Position numbers and translations under genes: made by a program. From Acidimicrobiia bacterium (GTDB lineage: Bacteria; Actinomycetota; Acidimicrobiia; Acidimicrobiales; Ilumatobacteraceae), in assembly GCA_013811855.1 (NCBI GenBank), contig JACCUL010000103.1, positions 1 to 29,835 of the forward strand: a stretch of 29,835 nt of DNA, given 5' to 3'. Positions 17,585 through 24,917 of the stretch are shown here, piece after piece. The notes beneath the pieces were generated by a model that was not told the origin of the DNA, did no database searches, and saw only the letters and a program-made list of their open reading frames with translations. The number at the start of each line of letters is the position of its first letter. Position 1 is the first letter of the stretch.

Positions 17585-18870
17585 TCTTCGATCTGGCGGT
17601 CGACTCGCCGGGGCGTGACGGCGAGGTGCGGGTGTGGCGTGAGGTGCGGCGTGATGACGAGACCCTGGCGGCGGGAGAAGACGGCCGCCGCGACGAGCGT
17701 GCCGGCGACCGTCAGCGCGCCTCCGCCGATCAGCGTCCAGCGGGCGCCGAAGCGCTCGGCCACCCAGCCGAGAACGGGCGACCCGATCGGCGTGCCACCC
17801 ATGAAGATCGTCAGGTACAGCGCCATCACGCGTCCCCGCAGCTGCGGGGCGACGGACATCTGCACGAACGCGTTGGCCGCCGTGACGAGCGTCAACGCGC
17901 TGAAGCCGCAGGCCGGCAGGACCACGGCGAAGGTCAGGTACGACGGCATCAGCCCGGCGGCCGTCGTGCAAACGCCGAACACCACGGCCGACACGAGCAC
18001 GAGCCGCTGACGGCTGAACTTGCGCCGCGCCGCCAGCAACGAGCCGGCCAACGAGCCGACGGCGAGGATCGAGCCGAGCACGCCGTACTCGCCGGCGCCC
18101 TTGTCGTAGACCTCGGTCGCCATCAGCGCCATCGTCATCTGGTAGTTCAGTCCGAACGTCCCGGCGCAGAACACGACGGCCATCACGAGCATCAGATCGG
18201 GGCGTGAGCGCACGTAGCGCAGGCCGTCGCGCACCTGCCCTTTGGCGCGGGGGAGTCGCTCGGTCGGCCTCAGCTCCTCGGCCCGCATCCGCCACAGCGA
18301 TGCGATCACGGCCAGGTAGCTGCCCGCGTTCAGCAGGATGACCCAGCCGGTGGCCCCGACCCCGGAGCCCTGCCAGGCGATGAGGAGCCCGGCGACGGCC
18401 GGTCCGATGACCCGGCCGAGGTTGAACGACGCCGAGTTGAGGCCGACGGCGTTGGGCAGCCGATCGTTGTCGACCATCTCGTTGACGAAGGCCTGACGGG
18501 CGGGGGTGTCGAAGGCCGTGCCGGTCCCGAAGACGAACGCCAGCACGTAGACGTGCCACGTCGTCACCCATCCCGTGATGGCGAGCACGCCGAGCAGGCC
18601 GGCGCTGACGGCCATGCTGAGCTGGGTCACGGCAAGGATGCGGCGCTTGGAGAAGCGGTCGGCGACCAGCCCGGCGATCGGCGAGAGCAGCAGGATCGGC
18701 AGGAACTGCAGTCCCGTGGTGATGCCGAGGGCGCCGGCGCTGCCGGTCAGCGCCAGGACGAGCCAGTCCTGGGCGACGCGCTGCATCCAGGTCCCGACGT
18801 TGGACACCAGCGACCCCTGGGCGAAAAGCCGGTAGTTGCGGACCCGCAGGGCGGCGAAGGTCGATCTCAC
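17566..18870 (-). CDS. Major facilitator superfamily transporter
   Basis: About 12 hydrophobic segments, motif A GLVADRFSKRR, LRGRVMALY; GTGA overlap with marR. Confidence 0.93.
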   Translation of the reverse strand: MRSTFAALRVRNYRLFAQGSLVSNVGTWMQRVAQDWLVLALTGSAGALGITTGLQFLPILLLSPIAGLVADRFSKRRILAVTQLSMAVSAGLLGVLAITGWVTTWHVYVLAFVFGTGTAFDTPARQAFVNEMVDNDRLPNAVGLNSASFNLGRVIGPAVAGLLIAWQGSGVGATGWVILLNAGSYLAVIASLWRMRAEELRPTERLPRAKGQVRDGLRYVRSRPDLMLVMAVVFCAGTFGLNYQMTMALMATEVYDKGAGEYGVLGSILAVGSLAGSLLAARRKFSRQRLVLVSAVVFGVCTTAAGLMPSYLTFAVVLPACGFSALTLVTAANAFVQMSVAPQLRGRVMALYLTIFMGGTPIGSPVLGWVAERFGARWTLIGGGALTVAGTLVAAAVFSRRQGLVITPHLTPHPHLAVTPRRVDRQIEETVTAA

Positions 18871-19319
18871 GAGCGGGCCAGCAAGTCGAGGAGGGGGGCG
18901 GCGGTGCGCAGCGCGTCGAGCTGGGCGGGGTCGAGCTGGTCGAGCCGCTGGGCCAGCCAGCGGTCGCGACGACGGCGGTCCTCGGCCAAGACCGCCCTGG
19001 CCCCGTCCGTCAACGCCACGACGACGTGACGGCCGTCGGTGGCGTGGGGACGCCGCGCGACCAGGCCGGCCTCGACCAGTGCGTTGACGGTCCGGGTGAT
19101 GGACGGCGGCTTGACCCGCTCGGCGGTCGCCAGCTCGCCGATGGTCAGGTCGCCGCCGCGCTCGAGCGTGCCGAGCACGGCCAGCTGGTTGAGCGTCAGG
19201 TCCTCGCGGGCCCGCTCCAGGCGCAACCGGCGCGCCAGTCGCATGACGCTGACGCGGAGCGCGCCGGTCGTGCCGTCGTCGACCGGCGGGCGATCGAGGG
19301 AGGCAGCGAGCGACGACAT
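18867..19319 (-). CDS. MarR-family transcriptional regulator
   Basis: LTLNQLAVLGTLERGGDLTIGELA...PSITRTVNALVEAGLVARRPHATDGR; ATG is 6 nt after TAGGCT (leaderless-type). Confidence 0.93.
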   Translation of the reverse strand: MSSLAASLDRPPVDDGTTGALRVSVMRLARRLRLERAREDLTLNQLAVLGTLERGGDLTIGELATAERVKPPSITRTVNALVEAGLVARRPHATDGRHVVVALTDGARAVLAEDRRRRDRWLAQRLDQLDPAQLDALRTAAPLLDLLARS

Positions 19320-19353
19320 ATCGTTAGCCTAGCTCATTAGCCGAGCGAACGAT
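19320..19353. promoter_or_regulatory. Candidate MarR operator overlapping the marR -10
   Basis: Direct repeats TCGTTAGCC (19321-19329)/TCATTAGCC (19334-19342) framed by ATCGTT/AACGAT. Confidence 0.4.
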
Positions 19354-19418
19354 CTCGTGACTTCGGTCATGAAGGCGCGGGAGCGGCCGCCGACGGCCTG
19401 CGTGGCCGGGGAACGCTG

Positions 19419-19438
19419 TAGCTAGCTAGCTAGATAGC
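19419..19438. repeat. (TAGC)n tetranucleotide tract TAGCTAGCTAGCTAGATAGC
   Basis: Read directly; five tetramer units, one variant; merges into TAGCGT (19435-19440). Confidence 0.8.
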
Positions 19439-19449
19439 GTCTGACCGGC

Positions 19450-20862
19450 ATGTTCGAGAACCTGTCCACCCGCCTCGAAGGCATCGTCAAGCGGGTTCGC
19501 GGCAAGGGCCGGCTGACCGAGCGGGACGTCGAGGAGATCCTCGCCTAGATCCGCACGGCCCTGCTCGAGGCCGACGTCAACGTCGGCGTGACCCGCGAGG
19601 TCGTCGCCCGTATCCGCAGCGCCGCCATCGGCGCCACCCGATCCCAGGCGCTGGACGCCAGCCAGCAGGTCGTCAAGATCGTCAACGCCGAGCTGACCCG
19701 CATCCTCGGCGGCGAGACCCTCCGCATCACGTACGCCGGCCGCCCACCGACGGTCGTGCTGATGGCCGGGCTGCAAGGCTCCGGCAAGACGACCAACGCC
19801 GCCAAGCTGGCCCGCTGGTTCAAGGCCCAGGGCCGCCAACCGTTGCTCGTCGGCGCCGACCTCCAGCGGCCCGCCGCCGTCGAGCAGCTGCGCACGCTCG
19901 GTCGCCAGATCGACGTGCCCGTGTTCTCGGAGCCCGGCGACCCGGTCGTCACCGCCGCCCACGGCCTCGCCGAGGCCCGCCGTCTCGGGCGCGACGTGCT
20001 CATCGTCGATACGGCCGGACGCCTGGCCATCGACGCCGAGATGATGGAGCAGGTCCGGATGATCTCCGGTGTCGTCGCCCCCCACTACACGTTTCTCGTC
20101 GTCGACGCGATGACCGGCCAGGACGCCGTCGGCGTGGCCGAAGTGTTCCACCGCACGCTCGCCATCGACGGCGTGATCCTCTCCAAGCTCGACGGCGCCG
20201 CCCGCGGCGGGGCCGCGCTGAGCGTCAAGGAGGTCATCGGCAGGCCCATCGCCTTCGCCTCGACGGGGGAGAAGCTCGACGCCTTCGAGCAGTTCCATCC
20301 CGATCGGATGGCCGGACGCATCCTCGGCATGGGCGACATGCTGACGCTCATCGAGCAGGCCGAGCAGGCCTTCGAGAAGGAGGAGGCGGAGGAGGCGGCG
20401 GCGAAGCTGATGGAGGGTCAGTTCACCCTCGACGACTTCCTCGACCAGATGCAACAGCTCAAGAAGATGGGGCCGCTCGGCAACCTGATCGGGATGATGC
20501 CGGGGATGCCCAAGGAGCTGAAGGGCGCTGAGATCGGCGACGACGAGCTGAAACCGGTCGAGGCCATCATCCGCTCGATGACGATGGAGGAGCGCGCCCA
20601 GCCCCAGCTCATCAACGGCAGCCGGCGGACGCGGATCGCCAACGGCTCGGGCACCAGCCCGTCCGACGTCAATCGACTGGTCAAGCAGTTCTCCGAGATG
20701 CAGAAGATGATGAAGCGCTTCGGCATGGGCGGCGGCAAGAAGGGTGGCAAGCGGCGCGGCGTGCCCGGACTGCCGCCCGGCGGTGGGATGCCCGACCTGG
20801 CCGAGCTGACCGGCAGCCTCGGCGCCGCCGCCGGTGGCTTCCCGAGGCTCCCGGACCGTTGA
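19450..20862 (+). pseudogene. ffh: Signal recognition particle protein Ffh, interrupted as sequenced by an in-frame TAG at codon 33 (19546-19548); real nonsense allele or sequence error
   Basis: MFENLSTRLEGIVKRVRGKGRLTERDVEEILA*IRTALLEADVN, then GLQGSGKTT, DTAGR, SKLDG, RILGMGD and an intact M domain, all in one frame. Gene identity is certain; pseudogene status is not. Confidence 0.75.
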
Positions 20863-20945
20863 GGAGCCCCTCACCGCTAACCTTTCCCGGTTCGATTCCG
20901 CCCGGCGCTCGGCCGTGGCGTCCGACGAGACACGAAGGATCTCCC

Positions 20946-21245
20946 ATGGCAGTGAAACTGCGCCTCACCCGCGTCGGCAAGACCAAGCAGCCGCAGTACC
21001 GCATCGTGGCCGCCGACTCGCGGTCGCCGCGCGACGGCCGGTTCATCGAGATCCTCGGCCACTACAACCCGCGCACCGAGCCGTCGACGCTGACGGTCGA
21101 CAACGACAAGGCGGCCAAGTGGCTGCGCGAGGGCGCCCAGCCGACCGACCGGGTGCGCAAGCTGCTCGAGATCTCCGGTGCCCTAGCCGTCGCCGCCGGC
21201 GGCACCGTCCCGACCGCCGACACCCCGACCGACGCCGCGCCGTGA
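20946..21245 (+). CDS. rpsP: 30S ribosomal protein S16
   Basis: [35 protein letters not shown]; -10 TAACCT at 20878-20883. Confidence 0.98.
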   Translation: MAVKLRLTRVGKTKQPQYRIVAADSRSPRDGRFIEILGHYNPRTEPSTLTVDNDKAAKWLREGAQPTDRVRKLLEISGALAVAAGGTVPTADTPTDAAP

Positions 21246-21562
21246 GCGACCCGCAGATCGACGGCGACGACGGCGACGGCGACGATGGGTTCGACGCCGG
21301 CAACACGGCGCTGGCGCCGACGGCCGCCGCCGTCCTGGCCCACATCGTCACCTCCATCGTCGACAACCCCGAGGCCGTGGAGGTCGACGCCAGCGAGCAC
21401 CGTGGCCGCGTGCGACTCGACGTGCGCGTCGGTCCCGGCGACCTCGGTCGCGTCATCGGCCGTCGCGGGCGCACCGCCCAGAGCATCCGCACCGTCGTGC
21501 GCGCAGCCGCCACCCGCGACGACGCCAGCGCCGATGTCGATGTCGAGTTCATCGACGACTGA
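21242..21562 (+). CDS. khpA: KH-domain RNA-binding protein with acidic N-terminal extension
   Basis: [20 protein letters not shown]; conserved position rpsP-KH-rimM; GTGA overlap. Confidence 0.88.
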   Translation: MSDPQIDGDDGDGDDGFDAGNTALAPTAAAVLAHIVTSIVDNPEAVEVDASEHRGRVRLDVRVGPGDLGRVIGRRGRTAQSIRTVVRAAATRDDASADVDVEFIDD

Positions 21563-21580
21563 CGCGCCCGCCCGCCGACC

Positions 21581-22069
21581 ATGACACGGCCGCCCGCCGG
21601 CCTCTTGGAGATCGGTACGCTGCGGCGCGCCCACGGGTTGCGCGGTGAGATCCAGGTCGAGCTGGGCAGCGAACGCCCCGAACGACTCGCCGCCGGTACC
21701 CGCTGGTGGGCCGGTGGTCGGTGGCTGACGGTCGACTCGAGCCGCCGCCACCAGGACCGCTGGATCGTGACGTTCCGCGAGGTCGGTGATCGCAACGCGG
21801 CCCAGCGACTGACCAACACGGTGGCGTTGGCCGAACCGCTCGACGATCCCGACGAGCTGTGGGTACACGAGCTGATCGGGTCCGAGGTCGTCGAGCTCGA
21901 CGGCACCGAGCGCGGGCGCTGCGTCGCCGTCGTCGCCAACCCGGCCGCAGATCTGATGGAGCTCGACTCGGGGGCGCTGGTGCCGGTGGTGTTCGTCGTC
22001 GAGCACGTCGCCGGGCGGGTCACGATCAGCCCGCCCCCCGGCCTGTTCGAGCTCGGCGCGACGTCGTGA
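21581..22069 (+). CDS. rimM: 16S rRNA processing protein RimM
   Basis: IGTLRRAHGLRGE, DRNAAQRL, LWVHELIG, NPAADL, PPPGLFE. Confidence 0.93.
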   Translation: MTRPPAGLLEIGTLRRAHGLRGEIQVELGSERPERLAAGTRWWAGGRWLTVDSSRRHQDRWIVTFREVGDRNAAQRLTNTVALAEPLDDPDELWVHELIGSEVVELDGTERGRCVAVVANPAADLMELDSGALVPVVFVVEHVAGRVTISPPPGLFELGATS

Positions 22070-22800
22070 GGATCGACGTCTTCAGCCTCTTTCCCGAGGC
22101 GGTGGACGGCTTCTGCTCGGCCAGCCTCATCGGCAAGGCCCGGCAGGCCGGCCGGCTCGACCTACGCACGCACGATCCCCGCGCCCAGGCCAGCGATGTG
22201 CACCGCACCGTCGACGACGCGCCGTTCGGCGGGGGTGCTGGCATGTTGATGCGTCCGGAGCCGGCGTTCGCCGCCGTGGAGGCGGCCGGTCCGCCGCGGC
22301 CGTTGCTCCTGCTCGGTCCGGGCGGTCGGCGCTTCGACCAGGCAGGAGCCGCCGAGCTCGCGGCCCTCGACGGGTTCAGCCTGTTCTGCGGTCGCTACGA
22401 GGGTGTCGACCACCGGGTCCGTGAGCACCTCGTCGACGGCGAGCTGAGCGTCGGTGACGTCGTCCTGGCCGGCGGCGAGGTCGCCGCCTGCCTCGTGATC
22501 GAGGCCGTGGCCCGGCTGCTGCCGGGCGTGCTCGGCAACGACGCCAGCTCGGTCACCGAGAGCTTCGGCGCCCGCGGGCTGCTGGAGGAGCCGCAATACA
22601 CGCGGCCGGCCGACTTCCGCGGGTGGCTGGTCCCCGACGTCCTGCGCTCGGGCGACCACGGTCGCATCGAGCGGTGGCGGCACGCCCAGGCGCTGCACCG
22701 CACGCTCGTCGCCCGGCCCGACCTCATCGACGCCCGCGGCGGGCTCGACGACGCCGAGCGGGCGCTGTTGGAAGAGTTCCCGCCGGTCCCATATCCTTGA
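22066..22800 (+). CDS. trmD: tRNA (guanine37-N1)-methyltransferase
   Basis: VDDAPFGGGAGMLM, CGRYEGVDHRV, SVGDVVLAGGE, PQYTRP, SGDHG. Confidence 0.97.
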   Translation: MRIDVFSLFPEAVDGFCSASLIGKARQAGRLDLRTHDPRAQASDVHRTVDDAPFGGGAGMLMRPEPAFAAVEAAGPPRPLLLLGPGGRRFDQAGAAELAALDGFSLFCGRYEGVDHRVREHLVDGELSVGDVVLAGGEVAACLVIEAVARLLPGVLGNDASSVTESFGARGLLEEPQYTRPADFRGWLVPDVLRSGDHGRIERWRHAQALHRTLVARPDLIDARGGLDDAERALLEEFPPVPYP

Positions 22801-22857
22801 CCGGCCCACTCGCGCTGCGACCGTCCGTCGCCCGCTCCGCACCAGGACGTCTGCCCC

Positions 22858-23205
22858 ATGAAATCCACCGACCTCATCGACAACGAGTCACTGCGCGACG
22901 ACATCCCCGACTTCGCTGCCGGCGACGAGGTCAAGGTGCACGTCAGGGTGGTCGAAGGCAGCAAGGAGCGGGTCCAGATCTTCCAGGGCAACGTCATCGG
23001 GCGCCAGGGCGGCGGCCTGCACGAGACGTACACCGTGCGCAAGCTCAGCTACGGCGTCGGCGTGGAGCGCACGTTCCCGCTGCACGCGCCGACGGTGACC
23101 AAGATCGAGGTCGTCAAGCGCGGCGACGTCCGCCGGGCCAAGCTGTACTACCTCCGCGGCCGCACCGGCAAGGCGGCAAAGATTCGCGAGAAGCGCGACT
23201 TCTGA
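22858..23205 (+). CDS. rplS: 50S ribosomal protein L19
   Basis: [44 protein letters not shown]. Confidence 0.98.
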   Translation: MKSTDLIDNESLRDDIPDFAAGDEVKVHVRVVEGSKERVQIFQGNVIGRQGGGLHETYTVRKLSYGVGVERTFPLHAPTVTKIEVVKRGDVRRAKLYYLRGRTGKAAKIREKRDF

Positions 23206-23252
23206 TCGGCGCCCGACTCGGCGCCCTCCATTCGTGAATGGGGAGGTGGCGC

Positions 23253-23591
23253 GTGTCGCACTTGGAGTACGGGCGGACCGGCGAGGAGCTGGCCGGCGCG
23301 TGGTACGTCGGGCGGGGGTACGCGGTGGTGGCGCGTAATTGGCGGTGTCCGGCCGGCGAGATCGACCTCGTGCTCCGACGCGGGCGGCAGGTGGTGGTGT
23401 GCGAGGTCAAGGCTCGTCGCTCGGACTCCTTCGGATCGGGCGCCCATGCCGTCGGCTTCGCCAAGCAGCGCCGGCTACGGCGCCTCGCCGCCCTCTGGCT
23501 GGCCGAGACCGGCACCCACGGGGTCGACGTCCGCTTCGACGTGGCGGCCGTCACCGGCGCCGCCATCGACGTGATCGAAGGCGCCTTCTGA
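23253..23591 (+). CDS. yraN: YraN/UPF0102 family protein (PD-(D/E)XK-like)
   Basis: GRTGEELA, RNWRCPAGEIDLV, CEVKAR, RFDVAAV; SD GGGAGG before GTG 23253. Confidence 0.9.
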   Translation: MSHLEYGRTGEELAGAWYVGRGYAVVARNWRCPAGEIDLVLRRGRQVVVCEVKARRSDSFGSGAHAVGFAKQRRLRRLAALWLAETGTHGVDVRFDVAAVTGAAIDVIEGAF

Positions 23592-23604
23592 CGTCCCACC
23601 CGCC

Positions 23605-23652
23605 GATCTGGGCGCGCCAGCGTCTCGAATCCGAGACGGAGCGCCCCAGATC
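23605..23652. repeat. REP-like palindrome, second copy of the 7865 element
   Basis: GATCTGGGCGC...CGTCTCG-AATC-CGAGACG...GCGCCCCAGATC; 38/45 identity to 7867-7911 in opposite orientation. Confidence 0.75.
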
Positions 23653-23710
23653 CGCCGGAACGGCGATGTGGGTTGTAGCCCATCGGGTCAGTATCGGGCA
23701 TGATCGGGCG

Positions 23711-24127
23711 ATGCCGATCACGAGCGGGTTCAACCACGTCGCCACGCTGTCCACCGACCTCGACCGCACGAAGCGCTTCTACGCCGACGCGTTCGAGGGC
23801 GTCACCGTGTTCGAGATGGAGGCCGTCGCCGACCACCCCCGGATGGCGATCATCGACATCGGCGGCGGCGGCGCGCTCAACGTCTTCGAGGTGACACCGG
23901 ACGACATCATCGGCGACCGCAGGACCCAGGGTGGTCGCGGCGCCATCGACCACTTCGCCATGGCCGTCGACTCGAAGGCCACGCTCGAGTCGCTGCGCCA
24001 GCGGATGGTCGACGCGGGGGCCGAGATCGGCGAGATCCAGCAGCTCGGCGGGGCCATGTGGTCGTTGTTCTTCCGCGATCCCGACGGCATGGAGCTGGAG
24101 GTCTGCGCACCCGCTGACGCCGAGTGA
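23711..24127 (+). CDS. VOC/glyoxalase family protein
   Basis: FNHVATLSTDLDRTKRFY, IDHFAMAV, FFRDPDGMELEV; ATG is 6 nt after CATGAT. Confidence 0.9.
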   Translation: MPITSGFNHVATLSTDLDRTKRFYADAFEGVTVFEMEAVADHPRMAIIDIGGGGALNVFEVTPDDIIGDRRTQGGRGAIDHFAMAVDSKATLESLRQRMVDAGAEIGEIQQLGGAMWSLFFRDPDGMELEVCAPADAE

Positions 24128-24164
24128 CGTTCCCGGCCGAGGCGGCTCCCGTAGCCTGACCGCC

Positions 24165-24917
24165 GTGTGGCAACGGCTGGCGGTGCTGATCGTCGCCGGC
24201 GGAGCGGTCACCTTCGGCGGCACGGTGGCCGCCGGACAGGACCCACCCGTCGACCAGACGCTCCCGTCGACGCCACCCACCGCCGCCCCGACGACCACCG
24301 TCCCCGGGCAACGTCAATGGCCGGTGGCCGTGCCGGCCGGCTGCACGGCGCCACCATTGCCCGACGTCGTGTTCATCGGGACGCTCGTCGCCGCCGTTCC
24401 GGCGACCGCCCGCTTTCGCGTCGACCAGGTCCGAGCCGGGGCCATGGAGCGCTACGCCTCCAACGGCCTCGTCGACGTCGACTACGGCATCGACACCAAG
24501 TACCTGGAGACCGGCCAGCGCTACCTCGTCGGCGCCAGCGTCGACGTCGCCACGGCGAGGCTGACGTCCAAGATCCGTGCGCCCGAGCCGCTCTTCGGCG
24601 GGGACGAGGTGATCGGCGCCCGGGAGTCCGACGTCGAGTGCCCGGTGCTGGCCGATCCGATCCGCACGCTGACCGTCGACGGTCGCTCCGTCGACTCGAG
24701 CCTGTTCAAGCCGTTCGTCGAGGCCGACCGTGACCTCCTGCGGGCCGCACTGCTCCCGCTCGGCACCGCCCTCGCCGTCATCTTCGGACTGGTCGCGCTG
24801 CGCTGGACGATCACCGGTGTCGGCAAGGGCGTCGGTGTCGCCTACCGCTCGGCTCGGGTGCCGCGTGAGGTCCGTGCCGTGATGCGCACGAACCTGCGGG
24901 CCCGTCAGCCGGAGTAG
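24165..24917 (+). CDS. Exported, C-terminally membrane-anchored hypothetical protein (possible TIMP/NTR-like OB fold), 250 aa
   Basis: N-terminal signal peptide, Pro/Thr linker, two Cys, C-terminal hydrophobic helix plus basic tail; GTG is 7 nt after TAGCCT. Confidence 0.7.
   Translation: MWQRLAVLIVAGGAVTFGGTVAAGQDPPVDQTLPSTPPTAAPTTTVPGQRQWPVAVPAGCTAPPLPDVVFIGTLVAAVPATARFRVDQVRAGAMERYASNGLVDVDYGIDTKYLETGQRYLVGASVDVATARLTSKIRAPEPLFGGDEVIGARESDVECPVLADPIRTLTVDGRSVDSSLFKPFVEADRDLLRAALLPLGTALAVIFGLVALRWTITGVGKGVGVAYRSARVPREVRAVMRTNLRARQPE

Noticed and set aside
19373-19412. Possible SRP RNA (ffs) upstream of ffh
   Set aside because: No SRP domain IV signature (CAGG...GGAA...AGCAG) on either strand.
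13028-19449. Accessory block as a mobile element or genomic island
   Set aside because: No integrase, transposase, tRNA target, flanking direct repeats or obvious compositional shift visible by eye.
19546-19548. Genome-wide amber recoding or pyrrolysine as the explanation for the ffh TAG
   Set aside because: TAG terminates truB, dapB and the 24165 gene at expected positions, and no pyl genes are in the window.
20888-20900. CGG-TTCGATT-CCG, a tRNA T-loop-like motif in the rpsP leader
   Set aside because: Only a 3-bp stem, with no D arm, anticodon arm or acceptor stem, so it is not a tRNA. It may be part of an S16 leader, but this is unsupported.
23205-23253. Absence of lepB/rnhB between rplS and yraN
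   Set aside because: Ordinary gene-order variation; nothing in the sequence indicates a deletion scar.
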